From Eledone cirrhosa (taxonomy: Eukaryota), in assembly GCA_964016885.1 (NCBI GenBank), contig OZ024741.1, forward strand, positions 16,802,001-16,866,000: a stretch of DNA of 64,000 nucleotides, given 5' to 3'. Positions 14,057 through 27,169 of the stretch are shown here, in pieces (the first letter of the stretch is position 1; every line of letters begins with the position of its first letter). Position numbers and translations under genes: made by a program. The notes beneath the pieces are model-generated. The model worked only from the letters and a program-made list of their open reading frames with translations, was not told where the DNA came from and ran no database searches.

Positions 14057-14338
14057 GCACTCGTGCAATGCCTGTGCGTGACGAATATTTTTAAAGTGAG
14101 GAAAGACTGTGCACTGAGCCAATCCCACTCTCTGAGCGACAGTAGCTATAACCCGAAAAGAAGAAAAGATCAACATCATCGGTAACTACTGAGCCGCAGG
14201 TTTTATGTCGGAGTTAACCCAGTTTCCTGAGATGCCTTCTCCTAGAAGAATGCCCTGACAAGAGCTAGGGGTTCTTCACTCCCAGTGGTTTAACTGCGCG
14301 ATCGGGCATCCAGCCCGATTATTTCTATGTCCCCGCGC
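14057..14338 (-). mobile_element. RTE 5'-UTR-like module of a short non-autonomous element
   Basis: Shares CTAGGAGAAGG..AACTC, GATGTTGA..TTCTTCTTTT and AGAGAGTGGGA.TGGCT with 63361-63556. Confidence 0.6.
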
Positions 14339-14465
14339 AAAAAAAAAATCAAAAAGAATCACTTATTGACACTTATACGTACGACACACACACGCGCATA
14401 CATATGCGCGCACACAGCAACACTCATACATACAAACAAACACACACACGCTACTCTACTCACTT

Positions 14466-14515
<50 letters not shown>

Positions 14516-16073
14516 CCGTCATTACTGATACAAGATTACAAGATTATGTCAACTGTTGACTTTCAAGAGTTTGTATAGTTGAAGCCGATCGTACTACAGT
14601 CCAGTATTATCCCGCCGAGGTTAACTTTGCCTTTCATCCTTACGGGGTCGATAAAATAAAGTACCAGTAATGCACTGGGTAATTGCTGGCCTTGTGCCTA
14701 AAGTAGAAACAATTATTATAATTGCTTTACAGCATAGTCACGGCCCTCCACGCTGTGAACTCAAATCCCGCCGAGGTCAACCTTGCCTTTCATCCCCACG
14801 GAGTCAACAAAAGAGAGTACCAGTGATGCGCTGGGCCAGTCGCTGGATCCGTGCCAAAAGCAGAAAAATTATTATTAAAGTTGTTTTCTTAAGGCCCGGT
14901 CGCTGGTGATGGTGATGGCGGTGGCGGTAGTGGTGGTGGTGGTGGCAGTTGATGTTGTTGTTGTGTTGTGTGCGTGTGTGTGTGTGTTTTGTTATTCTGA
15001 GTTTTTTTGTTTTTTTTCCTTTTTTTTTCCCTTCCCTTTCTTTTTTTTTATCTTTTGATGCCGCTGTTGTTGTTGTTGTTGTTGTAAATGTTCATTTCAG
15101 TTCATTCTGAAGCTGTTGTTGCTGTAAACATTAGTGCCGGTGGTGTTGTTGTAGATGTTGGGGTTGAAATCTGGTCGTTTGACTGAGTGATGTATATACA
15201 TACATATATATATATACACATTCAACAGAGAGTAGAGAGTTTGACAACAGGTCGATGACTTTAGTCTAGATAGGGTAATGTCATGTGATGGTGGGGAGAG
15301 AGTGTAGACGTTATTGTGGTGGTGGAGGACTGAGATGTATCTAGTTCATTTGACCGTTTTCTTCTCTTTGCAAAATTTGAATTTTAGCCATGTTATATTG
15401 AGATGTAAGTAAATGTAAAATGTAAAATATAAATAAGGATTGCTCTGCTAAAATATACTAAAATATTTGTGTAACTTCCACAAACTTCTGTCGTGACATT
15501 CCCGAGTCCAGTGACCAACAGATTGTTGTATTTTGATGTTTCAGAATACAAAAATTAATTAAAAACTTACCCCACGAAAAGACAGCGTGTGTTGTCCTAT
15601 CTATAAGCTCCCTCATACATATATATAAACACATACATACACACACATTCAACACAGACAATGGTGTTGTTGCCGTTGTTGTTGTTGGTGTTGCTGCTGT
15701 TGTTGTTGTAGTTGTTGCGGTGTTGAAATCTGGTCGCATCCACTGAGATATACATATACACACACACATATATGTATATACACATACATACATCAAAAGA
15801 GTCAGCAGTATGTCAACAGGGAACAGGTCAGCCACCTTAGATAGAGTAATGAGTTCTGTGGTGATGGTGGGTGCGAGTGTAGACGTTATTGTTATTGTGG
15901 TGGTGGAGGTCAGTGAGATGTACAAGTTCAAAGTTCACTTGTCTCTTTTTCTCTCTCTTCAAAATTTTGAATTTATGGCCTTTTGCAATGGTGGACAAGT
16001 ATTTATAATATATATATATAAGAGAAGCAAAGAAAATTTCAATGATACGAAAGATTTCCTGGTGGAAGTTCAG

Positions 16074-16360
16074 GTGTACTCAGGGTTGGTATCCAGTTTC
16101 GGGGTGAAAATCCAATTAGAAAATCCAACTAATTTTGAGAGATCCACGCAAGCATTGATATATATATATATGTAAAATGTAAACAGAAATAACAGCACAT
16201 ATACTAATGAACATGTTTTTACATTAAACACAGAGGGACATCTGTAAATGATAATAACAATATTTAAATGTACTCAGGGTTGGTATCCAGTTTCGGGGTG
16301 AGAATCCAATTAGAAAATCCAACGAATTTTGAGAGAGGTCCACGCAAGCATTGATATATA
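16074..16360. repeat. Direct duplication of an ~80-bp unit
   Basis: TGTACTCAGGGTTGGTATCCAG...CCACGCAAGCATTGATATA occurs at about 16075-16145 and 16268-16360. Confidence 0.85.
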
Positions 16361-17167
16361 TATATATAATATATATATATATATAATATATATTTATATA
16401 ATATATATTATATATGATGAATATATATATATATATTTTATTTTCTGGTATTATTTTTTACCCTGTGGTATACGTTATGTTTTTATACTTGTTATGTTGA
16501 CTTTGCATGGTACGTTGGTAGTATTTATGTTTTTTAATGTCAATATTTCTTTGATATTAGTATTGTTTAATCACACCGTCAGGGTGATTATTCTATTATA
16601 GTGCATATATATATATATTTGTGTTAATATGTGTAAATGTGTATGTGTGTGTATATATATGTGTGTGAGTGTGTGTGTGTATATATATATATTAAATTTT
16701 ATTTCTGTATTATATATTGCATTGTATTGTATATTATATTATATTTTTTTATATCTTATTTCTCGGATTATATTATTATGTTGTATTTTGAGTATTGGAC
16801 ATATATTGTACTTTTAACGTGGCTATTTTAATGTTTGCTTGCTCTCTTGCCCTATAGTTTTTATGTACCAATGTACCCTATTAGGTTTGACATGTCTTTC
16901 CTGGATAATATTCCGAAATATCCTTCTTTACATAATATCGGGTGTGTTATAAATTTTATCAATTTTTACCGATTAGTAATTAAGTACCCTTTCCTAGTTA
17001 CCTGAAATCTAAATATGTCGCAACATCCTAGACCTTGCCTCCTTATCCTGTTTTTATATTACCTGCATATTATATCTTATAATGTAACATTTAAATTTCT
17101 ATTTTTCTATTTCTCTATTCTTCTGAATTTTGGCTTGTTCTAGCCGTTGATATTTTTTGTCTTTTCC

Positions 17168-17212
17168 TTGCTCTGAAGAGCCCTAATTACTGGGACGAAA
17201 CATTGTCAGCGA
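17168..17212 (+). ncRNA. Minimal type I hammerhead ribozyme motif (Penelope-type)
   Basis: TTGCT-CTGAAGA-GCCC(TAATTACT)GGGAC-GAAA-CATTG-TC-AGCGA: stem I with one G-U pair, near-palindromic stem III (ACA-T-TGT), GUC cleavage triplet. Confidence 0.75.
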
Positions 17213-17599
17213 TTAAAGATTTTTAATGTATTAAAGGCTTCTTTGTTGATTTATATAATTTTTTCGGCTCTGTTTGATAACATTGTACTGTCATTTCTCT
17301 AATGCGACGAGTGTGTTTGACTCTAATGCACACAAGTGTTTTTATCTTATATATATATATATATATATTATATTATATATATAATATATATATATATATA
17401 ATATATATATATATATATAATATATATACTGTCTAAGTTGCAGCAGATCGAATTTATTAAAAGAAGCGGGAATTTCTTGGTTTGGGCGGAAGTTGAAAAT
17501 ACATATCCGTGCGCAGATAGCGATTGGCCTAACTTAGCCAAATCATGCACGGACAGCATATCAATGCGCCAAACGAAAGTAGCTTGCTACAACTCCATA

Positions 17600-18330
17600 T
17601 GTTTTCCATGAAGTTTTGTACTTCTTACATTGAGGGTGACTATATCACGTCTTCCTACTTCTTTAAAGAACCTTTTGGCATCCATTTCAAAGATCTTATT
17701 TTGCCTATAACATTTGTTCTTTTTTTTTTTCATACCTCCTTAACTTTTGTGATTTCATTTGTACTTTTTACTTCAATGTTTCCTTTATTCCCGATGAGTT
17801 GTTTCTTTGTAGTTGTGTGTGTTTCTTTTACAGCCAGTTTACTCGAGAGGAAGGTTGTTGTTTTTATCAAGAAATAGATACATCAGTAAGGATGGATGTA
17901 AATATTTTGAACTTAGTTGTCAAACAAGTGATCAGTCTTTAGTTTCTTGGATTATTTTGTTTCACTTGTTTTAGGAAGTAGGTATGTTATCCCTAATGTG
18001 AGATAGTTTGGAATTTTTTCAGGGCTTCTGATGATATCAGAGAAATATTCTAGTAACTGGAGGTGGGATGATGAGAGGCTTATTTTACCATGTCCAGGGG
18101 ACTACCACTTATGAGCTTTACATAGGGCTTGAGTTAATACTTGCATTGTAATATCTTCCCATTCCTCTTCAATTTCAGCCATTCTTTCTTCTTCTCTCCC
18201 TCCCAATTCAGTTTCCTCATTAACTTCTTTTCTATTGTTCCATATGTTTTTCCAAAATATCTCTACTTCTTCTTTCATATCAGGTGGGTCTTTTACACCA
18301 ATCAACTGCTTCCTTAACTGTCTGAGGATT
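17600..18330 (-). mobile_element. Decayed R4-like LINE fragment
   Basis: EIFWKNIWN, KAHKW*SPG and GITYLLPK resemble the region N-terminal to the RT in R4-clade elements; many disruptions. Confidence 0.6.
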
Positions 18331-19321
18331 TCTTAGTATTATAGCAGGTCTGATGCTAAGATGAATGATGGTGTTGTGGTGTTGATTAAGTTGTGTGTGT
18401 ACTCACTTGTGGATTGCTCAGTGGTGTGGTCACTATTGTATAGAGTGTAAGTGAAGGAAGATTGATGTGCCTGATACAGTGTGATCAGAGATTACGGCTA
18501 TGCAAGTAAGTGTTCATTATGATGGTGATGATGTGATCATTCCTTGTGTAAGTAATTTACCTTGATCACGTAGGAAATGAAATATATAAACCACAATAAC
18601 ACAAAGCAGCTATGTTACTAATTTATTAAATATAACTTTCATCAAAATTATACGACAATAGGCGAAGAACAAATAACCACAGTTGAATTGTGTGATGTTA
18701 TGTATCAAGTATAGTGTATATGCGTGTTTGCTCCCAAAGGTATTATGAAAAATATATGTACCAAACTTCTGTTGATGGTATGAATTTCGCTGACCTGGCT
18801 GAAAAAAGAGAGAGAGACCCAAAGGAGTCAGTGTGTGAGGCAGTTGACCACTACATCTTAGCTATTTGGTATGAATTCTGCAACTGTTGGGATTGACTGA
18901 GAATAGGCCATTTATGAGAATTCCTTCCTTTGTCTCCAGGCACAGGAGAATAAGCAGATGGCCATTTGATATGCAAAATCTTGGGCATATTGGTGACACA
19001 AAAGCCATTTGACAATGGAAACTTATCTACGAAGCCATAAATCTTTGCGATGGCCTGATAGTGTAAAAGAAACTCTATAGACGAGAGTATCAAATTACTG
19101 CAGCAGTATCAGTTTTAAATATCATATTTTGAATGTAAAATTTGTTTCTCTTTTCATATCTGTGTAAATGTTGGGCCTTACTTAACCTGAGCTTTTTGCT
19201 TAAACATCTCTTTTGCTCTCAGGGCTTCATTCATGTTTATCTGATTATTCTTTTGTTTCAACTTTCTAGCCATTCTAGTTGAAGATAGTATTTAATAAGA
19301 TAAATATGCAAAGTATATGGC

Positions 19322-21405
19322 AAACAGGGTCAGTGCTGGAATATCCCTATTTCACTCCATTTTTTACTGAGATAGGCTCCGACATGTTACGTCCGACATT
19401 ACCCCAAGCCTTCATGTCGTCATGGAAAGACCTAACCAAAGCAAGGAACTTACCAGGGCAACCAAGTTTCTGGAGAACCTTCTATAATGCAGTTCTGTTA
19501 ACAGTATCGAAAGCTTTTGTCAGATAGACAAAAACCTGATACAGATCCAAACCTTGTTCCATGCACTTCTCCTGGAGCTGTCTAGCTGAGAAGATCATAT
19601 CAGTAGTGCCGCGTCCAGCACGAAAACCAGATTGACTTTCAGGAAGAACACAATCTGCAATGTGTGTCAGCAGACGGTCCAGAAGCACCCTACATAAAAC
19701 TTTCCCTACGACAGAAAGCAATGATATACCACAGTAGTTCCCACAATTATTCCTGTTACCCTTTCCCTTGTACAAGACCACCATTACTGCATCTCTCCAG
19801 TCCTCAGGTACAGATTCATTAGCCCATATCCTGCCAAACAAAGAGTGAAGATGTTGCAGAAGTCTCTCACCACTATATTGTAGGAGCTCAGCATCCATAC
19901 CTGGAGACCTTCCACTGTTCAGCTTCGAGATAGCCACTGCAACCTCCACAAGCATTAGAGGTTCTGCGAGAGCTACTTTCACAGGATTTTCTGGAATGAG
20001 ATTGAAGAAATTTTCATTGACGACAGACGGCTGATTCAAAAGTTCATGAAGTGCTCTTGCCACCTTCGTAGAATTCTTTGGGAGTCACGAAGAAGTTCTT
20101 TGCCATCCTTGCTGTGAAGTGGTGTCACCAGAGAAGAAGACGGTCCATAATCTTCACGCAAGAGACTGTACAACAGCTTTGTGTTATTGGAATCTGACGC
20201 AGCTTGTATCTCATCAGCCTTCTCACTCCACCACTGATCCTTCATCTGAGAAAGACTCCGCCTAACACGTGATTTCTCATCCTTGAGTTCCTTATGTAAC
20301 ATATTCTTCTCCTGTGGTTTTGTTGTCAAGTAGCGTGACAGCACGCCGCTTATCAGCCAACAAGTCTTCTATATGTTCATCATTCTCATTAAACCAGTCT
20401 TGATGTTTTCTCTGCACCAATCCCAGAACACGCCTGCCTACATCATAAACCAACTTTTTAAAGGTCGGCCAATCCTCACCAAGATCTGCAACCTGCATCT
20501 CTTCTTCCAATGACCTCTTCACATTTTTATCCCTAAGACAAGCAGCATTCAATCTTTTGGGCAGGGTAACACCAGGAGCCTGGATTTTACGTTTAGTGAT
20601 TAGTTTCACTTTTGCGCGTACCAGGCAGTGGTCCGTCCAGCACTCAGCTCCACGAAGAACACGAACACACTGCACATCCCGTTTGTCACGCATCCTGACT
20701 AGGACGTAAGTCCAAAAGATGCCATTCCTTAGATGCAGGATGCATCCATATAGTCTTGAATTTGTTCATTTGTTGGAACATTGTGTTGGTAACACACAGA
20801 TCCAGCTCCTCACACATCTGCAGCAGGAGCATACCATTGTTGTTACACTTTCCCACCCCATGCCTTCCGATTACATTCCATGTGTTAAAATCTCTACCCA
20901 CTCTAGCATTAAAGTCACCAAGTACGATGACTTTGTCTGCCTGAGGGATATTTCTTAGAACACCTTTCAAGGAATGGTAAGACGACACTTTTTCTTCATC
21001 GACAGAACTCATAGTTGGAGCATACACACTCACCAGGGTAGCATATCTTCCCTTGTCCAGCGGAATTCTCATGGACATAAGATGCTCACTAATCCCCACT
21101 GGGAATTCTTCTAATTTATCCACAAGAACAGTCTTAACAGAAAATCCTACCCCAGCCTCTCTTCTGGTTCCTTCATATCTTCCTTTCCAGAAGAATGTAT
21201 ATTCTCCACAAAATTCTGTAAGATGACCATCTAATCTAAGCCACGATGTCAAAATCGCAACAAGAGTGGTCCTTCATTCAGGATGTTCCAAGGAATCACT
21301 GTCAAGCAGCGTCTGTATATTCCAGCAGCCAAGACTAAAATGGCTCTACTACAGTGGCACGATGACGAGCGGGCCCAGGCTGTGATAACCTGGGGCCCCT
21401 GCCCC
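19322..21405 (-). mobile_element. RTE/BovB-like LINE, 5' half, copy 2 (more decayed)
   Basis: Colinear with 11760-13900 with the same breakpoint and more frameshifts. Confidence 0.9.
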
Positions 21406-23687
21406 TATTGTCAATTATCTCTTTTATATTATTTTGGAACATACGGGAACTGATTCTGGCTTGATTTCTACAGCTGGATGCCCTTCCTAACACCAACCTC
21501 AAGCTGGGTGCTTTTTTTCCGTGGCGCCTATATGTATATATACATATGTATATATGTGTAAGGAATATGTATATATGCGTTCTACCATGCCGTTAGATGC
21601 AGGGTGATACGCCGTTGTACGAATGTGTTTACACCCGAGGAGACGAGTCAGCTCGGTAAAAAGGTGCGAATCGAACTGATGTCCTCTATCCATAGTGATG
21701 GTCGCGGGTGTGCCGAAACGCAAAACCCAGTGAAACACTAGCGTTCTAGCAACAGTTTCCGCAGTAATATCCGTGAGAGGAAAGCTTCTGGCCAGCGAGA
21801 GAATCGGTCGACACAGGTGAGAAGATGAGTGTAGTTGTGAGGAGGCAAAGGTCCAACGATGTCTATATGCACATGTTGGAATCGTGCATCAGGTGTTGCG
21901 AAAGAACCGATCGGGGCTTTGATGTGCCGGTGAATTTTCGCCTTCTGGCATGCGATACAGTTCCTAGCCCATTCGCGGGTGTCCTTGTTGATGTTGGGCC
22001 ACACAAAGCGGGCAACCATCAGTTTCTGCATGGCACGGATGCCAGTATGTGCCAGAGAATGCAGTGCCGAAAAAACGTTGCGTCGATGTTTCCAGGGCAC
22101 GTATGGACGCTTGTGACCTGTGGAGATGTCACACCAAATATAACCTAAAGAAGAGGGCAGCGGGCATTCCTGCAATTTCAAGAATGATTTCCGGAGCTTC
22201 AGCAGTTCCTCGTCATTCTGTTGATCCGCTGCAATCTTCTGGAGATGGAAAGTGGCAGTGGTGTGGATTGCATTAAGCTCCATGCGCGACAGGGCATCAG
22301 CTGCTGAGTTGGTGGCACCCTTAATGTACCGAATATCAGTAGTGTACTGAGAAATGAAGTCCAGATGTCGGACTTCCCTGGGTGAGTGTCGGTCAGGCTT
22401 GGCGTTGAACGCGTACACTAGTGGTTTGTGGTTGGTGTATATGGAGAACACACGACCTTCTAGCATGTGTCGAAAATGCTTGACAGCAAGGTATGCTGCC
22501 AATAATTCACGACTGAATGTGTTGTACTTAGTTTCAGCGGGTTTTAATCGCTTAGAGAAAAAAGATACAGGTCGCCAAATATTGGCAGAGAGTTGTTGAA
22601 GCACACCTCCAACTCCGAAATCGGATGCATCAGTCAATAAGCACATTGGGGCGTCTGGTTTGGGGTAACTCAGCATTGTAGCCTCGGACAACATTTTCTT
22701 CAACTCAGCGAAAGCGGTACATTCTTTTTTGCTGAGATTGATGTTTGTGTTTTTGGTTGTACGCTGCCGCAGCAAATCTGTGAGCGGTTGGGCTGTCTCT
22801 GCACAGTGGGGTATAAATCTTCTGTAGAAGTTTACCTGGCCAAGAAATTCTCGCAGTTTGCTGAGAGATGTGGGCTGTAGAAAATCAATGATGGATTTGA
22901 CCTTCTCCTTAAGTGGGCGAATGCCATCTTCATCAATGATGTGTCCCAGAAAATGAAGGGACGCAACTCCGAACTCACACTTGCTGGGGTTGATAACAAT
23001 TCCGTATTCACGCAAACGTGCGAATAGCAGGTGCATGTGCCTCTCATGTTCTTCCTCGGAGCCGCTGGCCACCAGTAAGTCGTCGATGTATGCGTATACA
23101 AAAGGTAGACCTCTGGTGACTGTATCGATGAATCGCTGGAATGTCTGCGCTGCATTACGCAAACCGAAAGGCATACACAGGAATTCGAACATTCCAAAGG
23201 GTGTTGTGACTGCGGTCTTAGGAATATCAGCGGGCTCTACAGGTATCTGATTGTAAGCTTGCACAAGATCGATCTTCGAAAATATGCGAGCTCCGTTCAG
23301 TGAACTAGAGAAGTCCTGTAGATGAGGACTGGATAAGAGTCAGGCACGGTGCAGTTGTTCAGTGCACGGTAGTCGCCACAGATTCCCCAGTCGTTCGACG
23401 ACTTCTTGGGTACACAATGTATGGGTACACAATCTATGGGATTGCTGCTGGACAGACGTATGATGCCGAGATCCAGCATGTGTTGAAATTCTTGTTTGAC
23501 GGATTTCAGCCGGTCTGGTGGTAGCCTGCTAGGTCGTGCAGTGACAGGTGGGCCGTGTGTTTTTATGTGGTGGGTGACGTCATGTTTTACAGGGCAGGTG
23601 TTGAATACTGGTCGAGCTACGTCTGGGTATTTGTTGATTATATGGTTGGGCCGGGTTGTTGTTGCCGATCGGGAAATGACTGACTGT

Positions 23688-24485
23688 GGCTGTCCTAACG
23701 GCTATACCACGCAGAGCGAGACTAGTGGAGGCTGTCCGAGTGGCTATACCGCGCAGAGCGAGACTAGTGGAGGCTGTCCGAGTGGCTATACCACGCAGAG
23801 CGAGACTAGTGGAGGCTGTCCGAGTGGCTATACCGCGCAGAGCGAGACTAGTGGAGGCTGTCCGAGCGGCTATACCGCGCAGAGCGAGACTAGTGGAGGC
23901 TGTCCGAGCGGCTATACCACGCAGAGCGAGACTAGTGGAGGCTGTCCGAGTGGCTATACCACGCAGAGCGAGACTAGTGGAGGCTGTCCGAGTGGCTATA
24001 CCGCGCAGAGCGAGACTAGTGGAGGCTGTCCGAGTGGCTATACCACGCAGAGCGAGACTAGTGGAGGCTGTCCGAGTGGCTATACCGCGCAGAGCGAGAC
24101 TAGTGGAGGCTGTCCGAGCGGCTATACCGCGCAGAGCGAGACTAGTGGAGGCTGTCCGAGCGGCTATACCACGCAGAGCGAGACTAGTGGAGGCTGTCCG
24201 AGTGGCTATACCACGCAGAGCGAGACTAGTGGAGGCTGTCCGAGCGGCTATACCGCGCAGAGCGAGACTAGTGGAGGCTGTCCGAGCGGCTATACCGCGC
24301 AGAGCGAGACTAGTGGAGGCTGTCCGAGCGGCTATACCGCGCAGAGCGAGACTAGTGGAGGCTGTCCGAGCGGCTATACCGCGCAGAGCGAGACTAGTGG
24401 AGGCTGTCCGAGCGACTATACCGCGCAGAGTGAGACTAGTGGAGGCTGTCCGAGCGGCTATACCGCGCAGAGTGAGACTAGTGGA
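23688..24485. repeat. 42-bp minisatellite, 19 copies, in frame within Gypsy pol
   Basis: Unit GGCTGTCCGAGYGGCTATACCRCGCAGAGCGAGACTAGTGGA; the minus strand encodes (STSLALRGIAARTA)x19. Confidence 0.97.
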
Positions 24486-25759
24486 GTTGTCAACGAGTCG
24501 TTGGTTTTTCAGGTTCACTAGCAGTGAGAAGTGCTGAAGAAAATCAGCTCCTAAAATAGGGGTCGGCAGCTTAGCCACAACGAATACCCACTGGGAAGTG
24601 CGGCGTAGTCCCAAATTTAGTGTCAGGGACTGTTCTCCGTAGGTCGGAATATCTGAATGATTCACGGCATGGAATCATGCTGATGTTTCTTTTCTTTTTC
24701 CAGGAACGCAGGAAACCAGGATGATGCTGACTTCAGCACCGGTGTCGACCAGGAAACGCGTGCCTGTGACGCGATCCTGAATGAAAAATAGGCGACTTTG
24801 GTTACGGGGGCCAGAAAAGTCCGTCACATTCAGTTTTCTGGCTGTGTCATTTCCCTGATTTGACATCAAAACAAATGAACAGGGATGGCTGCACTTGCGC
24901 GTCTGATTTCCGAATTTTTGGTGGTACCAACACATTTCCGGTGAATCAAGGGATGTTCTCGAACTTCTTGAGCGACCACCAAATCGGCGGGTTCGACTGT
25001 TAGACAGAAGCGTGGCAGGGTTGCCCAGTGACAAGGCCTGAATTTGTTGCGTCAAGGCCTGTATCTGTGTTGCTTGCTGTGTCAGTAACTGGTGTAGATC
25101 GGGCATCTTTGAGGCACTGGAGGGCTGAAGGAAAGGATTGGTGGAAGGCACAGCTGGCATCACATTTGCTAAAGTTGAGTGCGGATGTGGTACCTCCAGG
25201 ATCTTATCTGCCAGCTCGGCGAGTTCTTCAATGGTGGTGGACTCCCTGGTGGAGGCTAAGACAACTTGTGTGGCAGAATGGAAACGCTGGTGGAAGAGTT
25301 GCTTGAAAATTCTATCCGGGAGTTTGTTCTCCCAGAAGCTGCTTCATTCGTCGTAGGAGTTGCGTCGGCTTTTTATCTCCTAATTCCTCCGATATGAGGA
25401 GCTGGTGCAAGTGCTTCTGCTGGAACTCCGACGTCCTCTTAACGTTGTTTTAAATGTGTCGTATGACACAGAGCCGGGTGGTGCTAAAATGAGGTCTCGA
25501 ACCTCATTCATAACCTCCGGAGACATTGAACCAATGACATGTGTGAGACGGGATGCCTCACTAACGATCCGGTTCGATGCAAACTGCGCTTCGATGTGCG
25601 CGAAACACAGTGTTGGATCGTGCACCCAGAATGGTGGAATCCTTAATGTAAACGCCGCCCGGACTGCCATTTCTGCCGTAGATGAATCGTCGTGTGCTAG
25701 AGACATCGTTTGTAGTGAATAATCAGAAGGTTGTGTGTCTGTTTCACGGGGTCACCAGT

Positions 25760-26390
25760 TGTAGCGAATAATCCAGTTGTAACGGATAAGTGAATAGATG
25801 GAATTATTGGTATGATGGTTTCAATGCAAAGAATAATACCAGGATTGTGTTGTTGCAATGTTTATTTTATTATAACAATATTCAATTTGAATATTGAATG
25901 ATAAAATCTATAACATGAAATATTCGTACAATAATTTGGTGGGTCTTCGAACCACGTAAATACAAGTATCACAGAATACGATTATAATATAATTGTATTG
26001 TATCTGACAAACAGAAATGGTGCGTGTGAATTGAAAACAGTGTGAATTTACTATGTGTGCGTGTGTGCGTATTAGTATACTTTCTTGTTTTAGCAGTAGT
26101 AGTAATCACTCAGCCCGGCGTGTGAGAAAATAGTCAGCAGATGTTTTTCATGAAGGGAGATTTGATGGCGTAGGTGAAATGTCTGTTCTTGTCTGTGGTA
26201 TCACTTCTTCTGCCGGGGCGTAAACAACCCCTGTATTTATAACGGTTGAAGTTAGAAGGATAGATATATCCTCTGACCTGTGTTTAGCATCTCCCCAAGG
26301 GGTTGGTCTGCCGGGCGTAAACAACTAACCACGGCTTGTCCCAGAGGCGGGAAAGCTCAGATTCGGTTTCGAATCTTCACCGCCATTATA
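25760..26390 (-). repeat. 5' LTR of the Gypsy element
   Basis: Ends ...CGCTACA two bases before the PBS and contains AATAAA on the minus strand. The outer boundary is approximate and no partner LTR is seen. Confidence 0.7.
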
Positions 26391-26540
26391 TATGTATATA
26401 TACATGTGTATCATCATCATCATCTTCAACATTTTATGTCCGTTCTTCCACGCTAGCATGAGTTATATACATATGTATATATACATACGTATAAATGTAC
26501 ATATACATACACCGTTCCCCCCAGCCTATACATATATATA

Positions 26541-26585
<45 letters not shown>

Positions 26586-26683
26586 TACACACATATAGGA
26601 CATTTGTTTATAGAATAGTGACTCATTCTTGTATGTGTATCATTTTCTAGCAGACCAAGGTTAGTAGCAAAACTGGTAAATGG

Positions 26684-26719
<36 letters not shown>

Positions 26720-27169
26720 GCATTACTGTACTACTACTACTACCACTCTACTACTACTAATACAGTTCCTACTACTACTACTACTACATATAGTCTACTT
26801 CTGGTCATTGCTGCTACTATATCCTGTTTCTTATATATACAAAATTGATCACACACACATACACATTCACACATATACACACACACACACATATATATAT
26901 ATACAGAAAAAGAGAGAGGGAGAGACATATATACACATGTACATAAATGCATACATGCCGAATGTTAAAAAAAATTTAGGCCCATAGAAAATGTATTTAA
27001 CACTATAATTTTCATTAAAAACGCATTTATTAGAAAATTATCCATTTTGAAATGATAGATATCTTATTTAAGGTGCTATTAAACATTTTTTCTTGGGCTG
27101 GGGATCTCATCAATTAGCACTTTAGCTATTTTGAAAGAGAAAACAATATCCTATTTGAGGTACCCTTAA

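Larger units (their letters stand above)
21555..26390 (-). mobile_element. Ty3/Gypsy LTR retrotransposon, CsRn1-like, decayed and truncated in the integrase
   Basis: Gag starts at 25706 (RIPPFW) and has the CWYHQKFGNQTRKCSHPC finger. Protease FLVDTGA, RT YIDD, RNase H TDASD and integrase H-H-C-C and HIDIVGP follow. The primer-binding site TGGTGACCCCG at 25747-25757 is tRNA-Trp type. Confidence 0.93.

Noticed and set aside
16085-16130. Further hammerhead-like traces (also near 32960, 37050 and 40213)
   Set aside because: The core is too degenerate or the GAAA is missing, so they are not counted.
23496-24537. + strand ORFs (GCPSGYTAQSETSG)n and (AIPRRARLVEAVRA)n as repeat proteins
   Set aside because: They are shadow frames of a stop-free 42-bp minisatellite inside antisense Gypsy pol.
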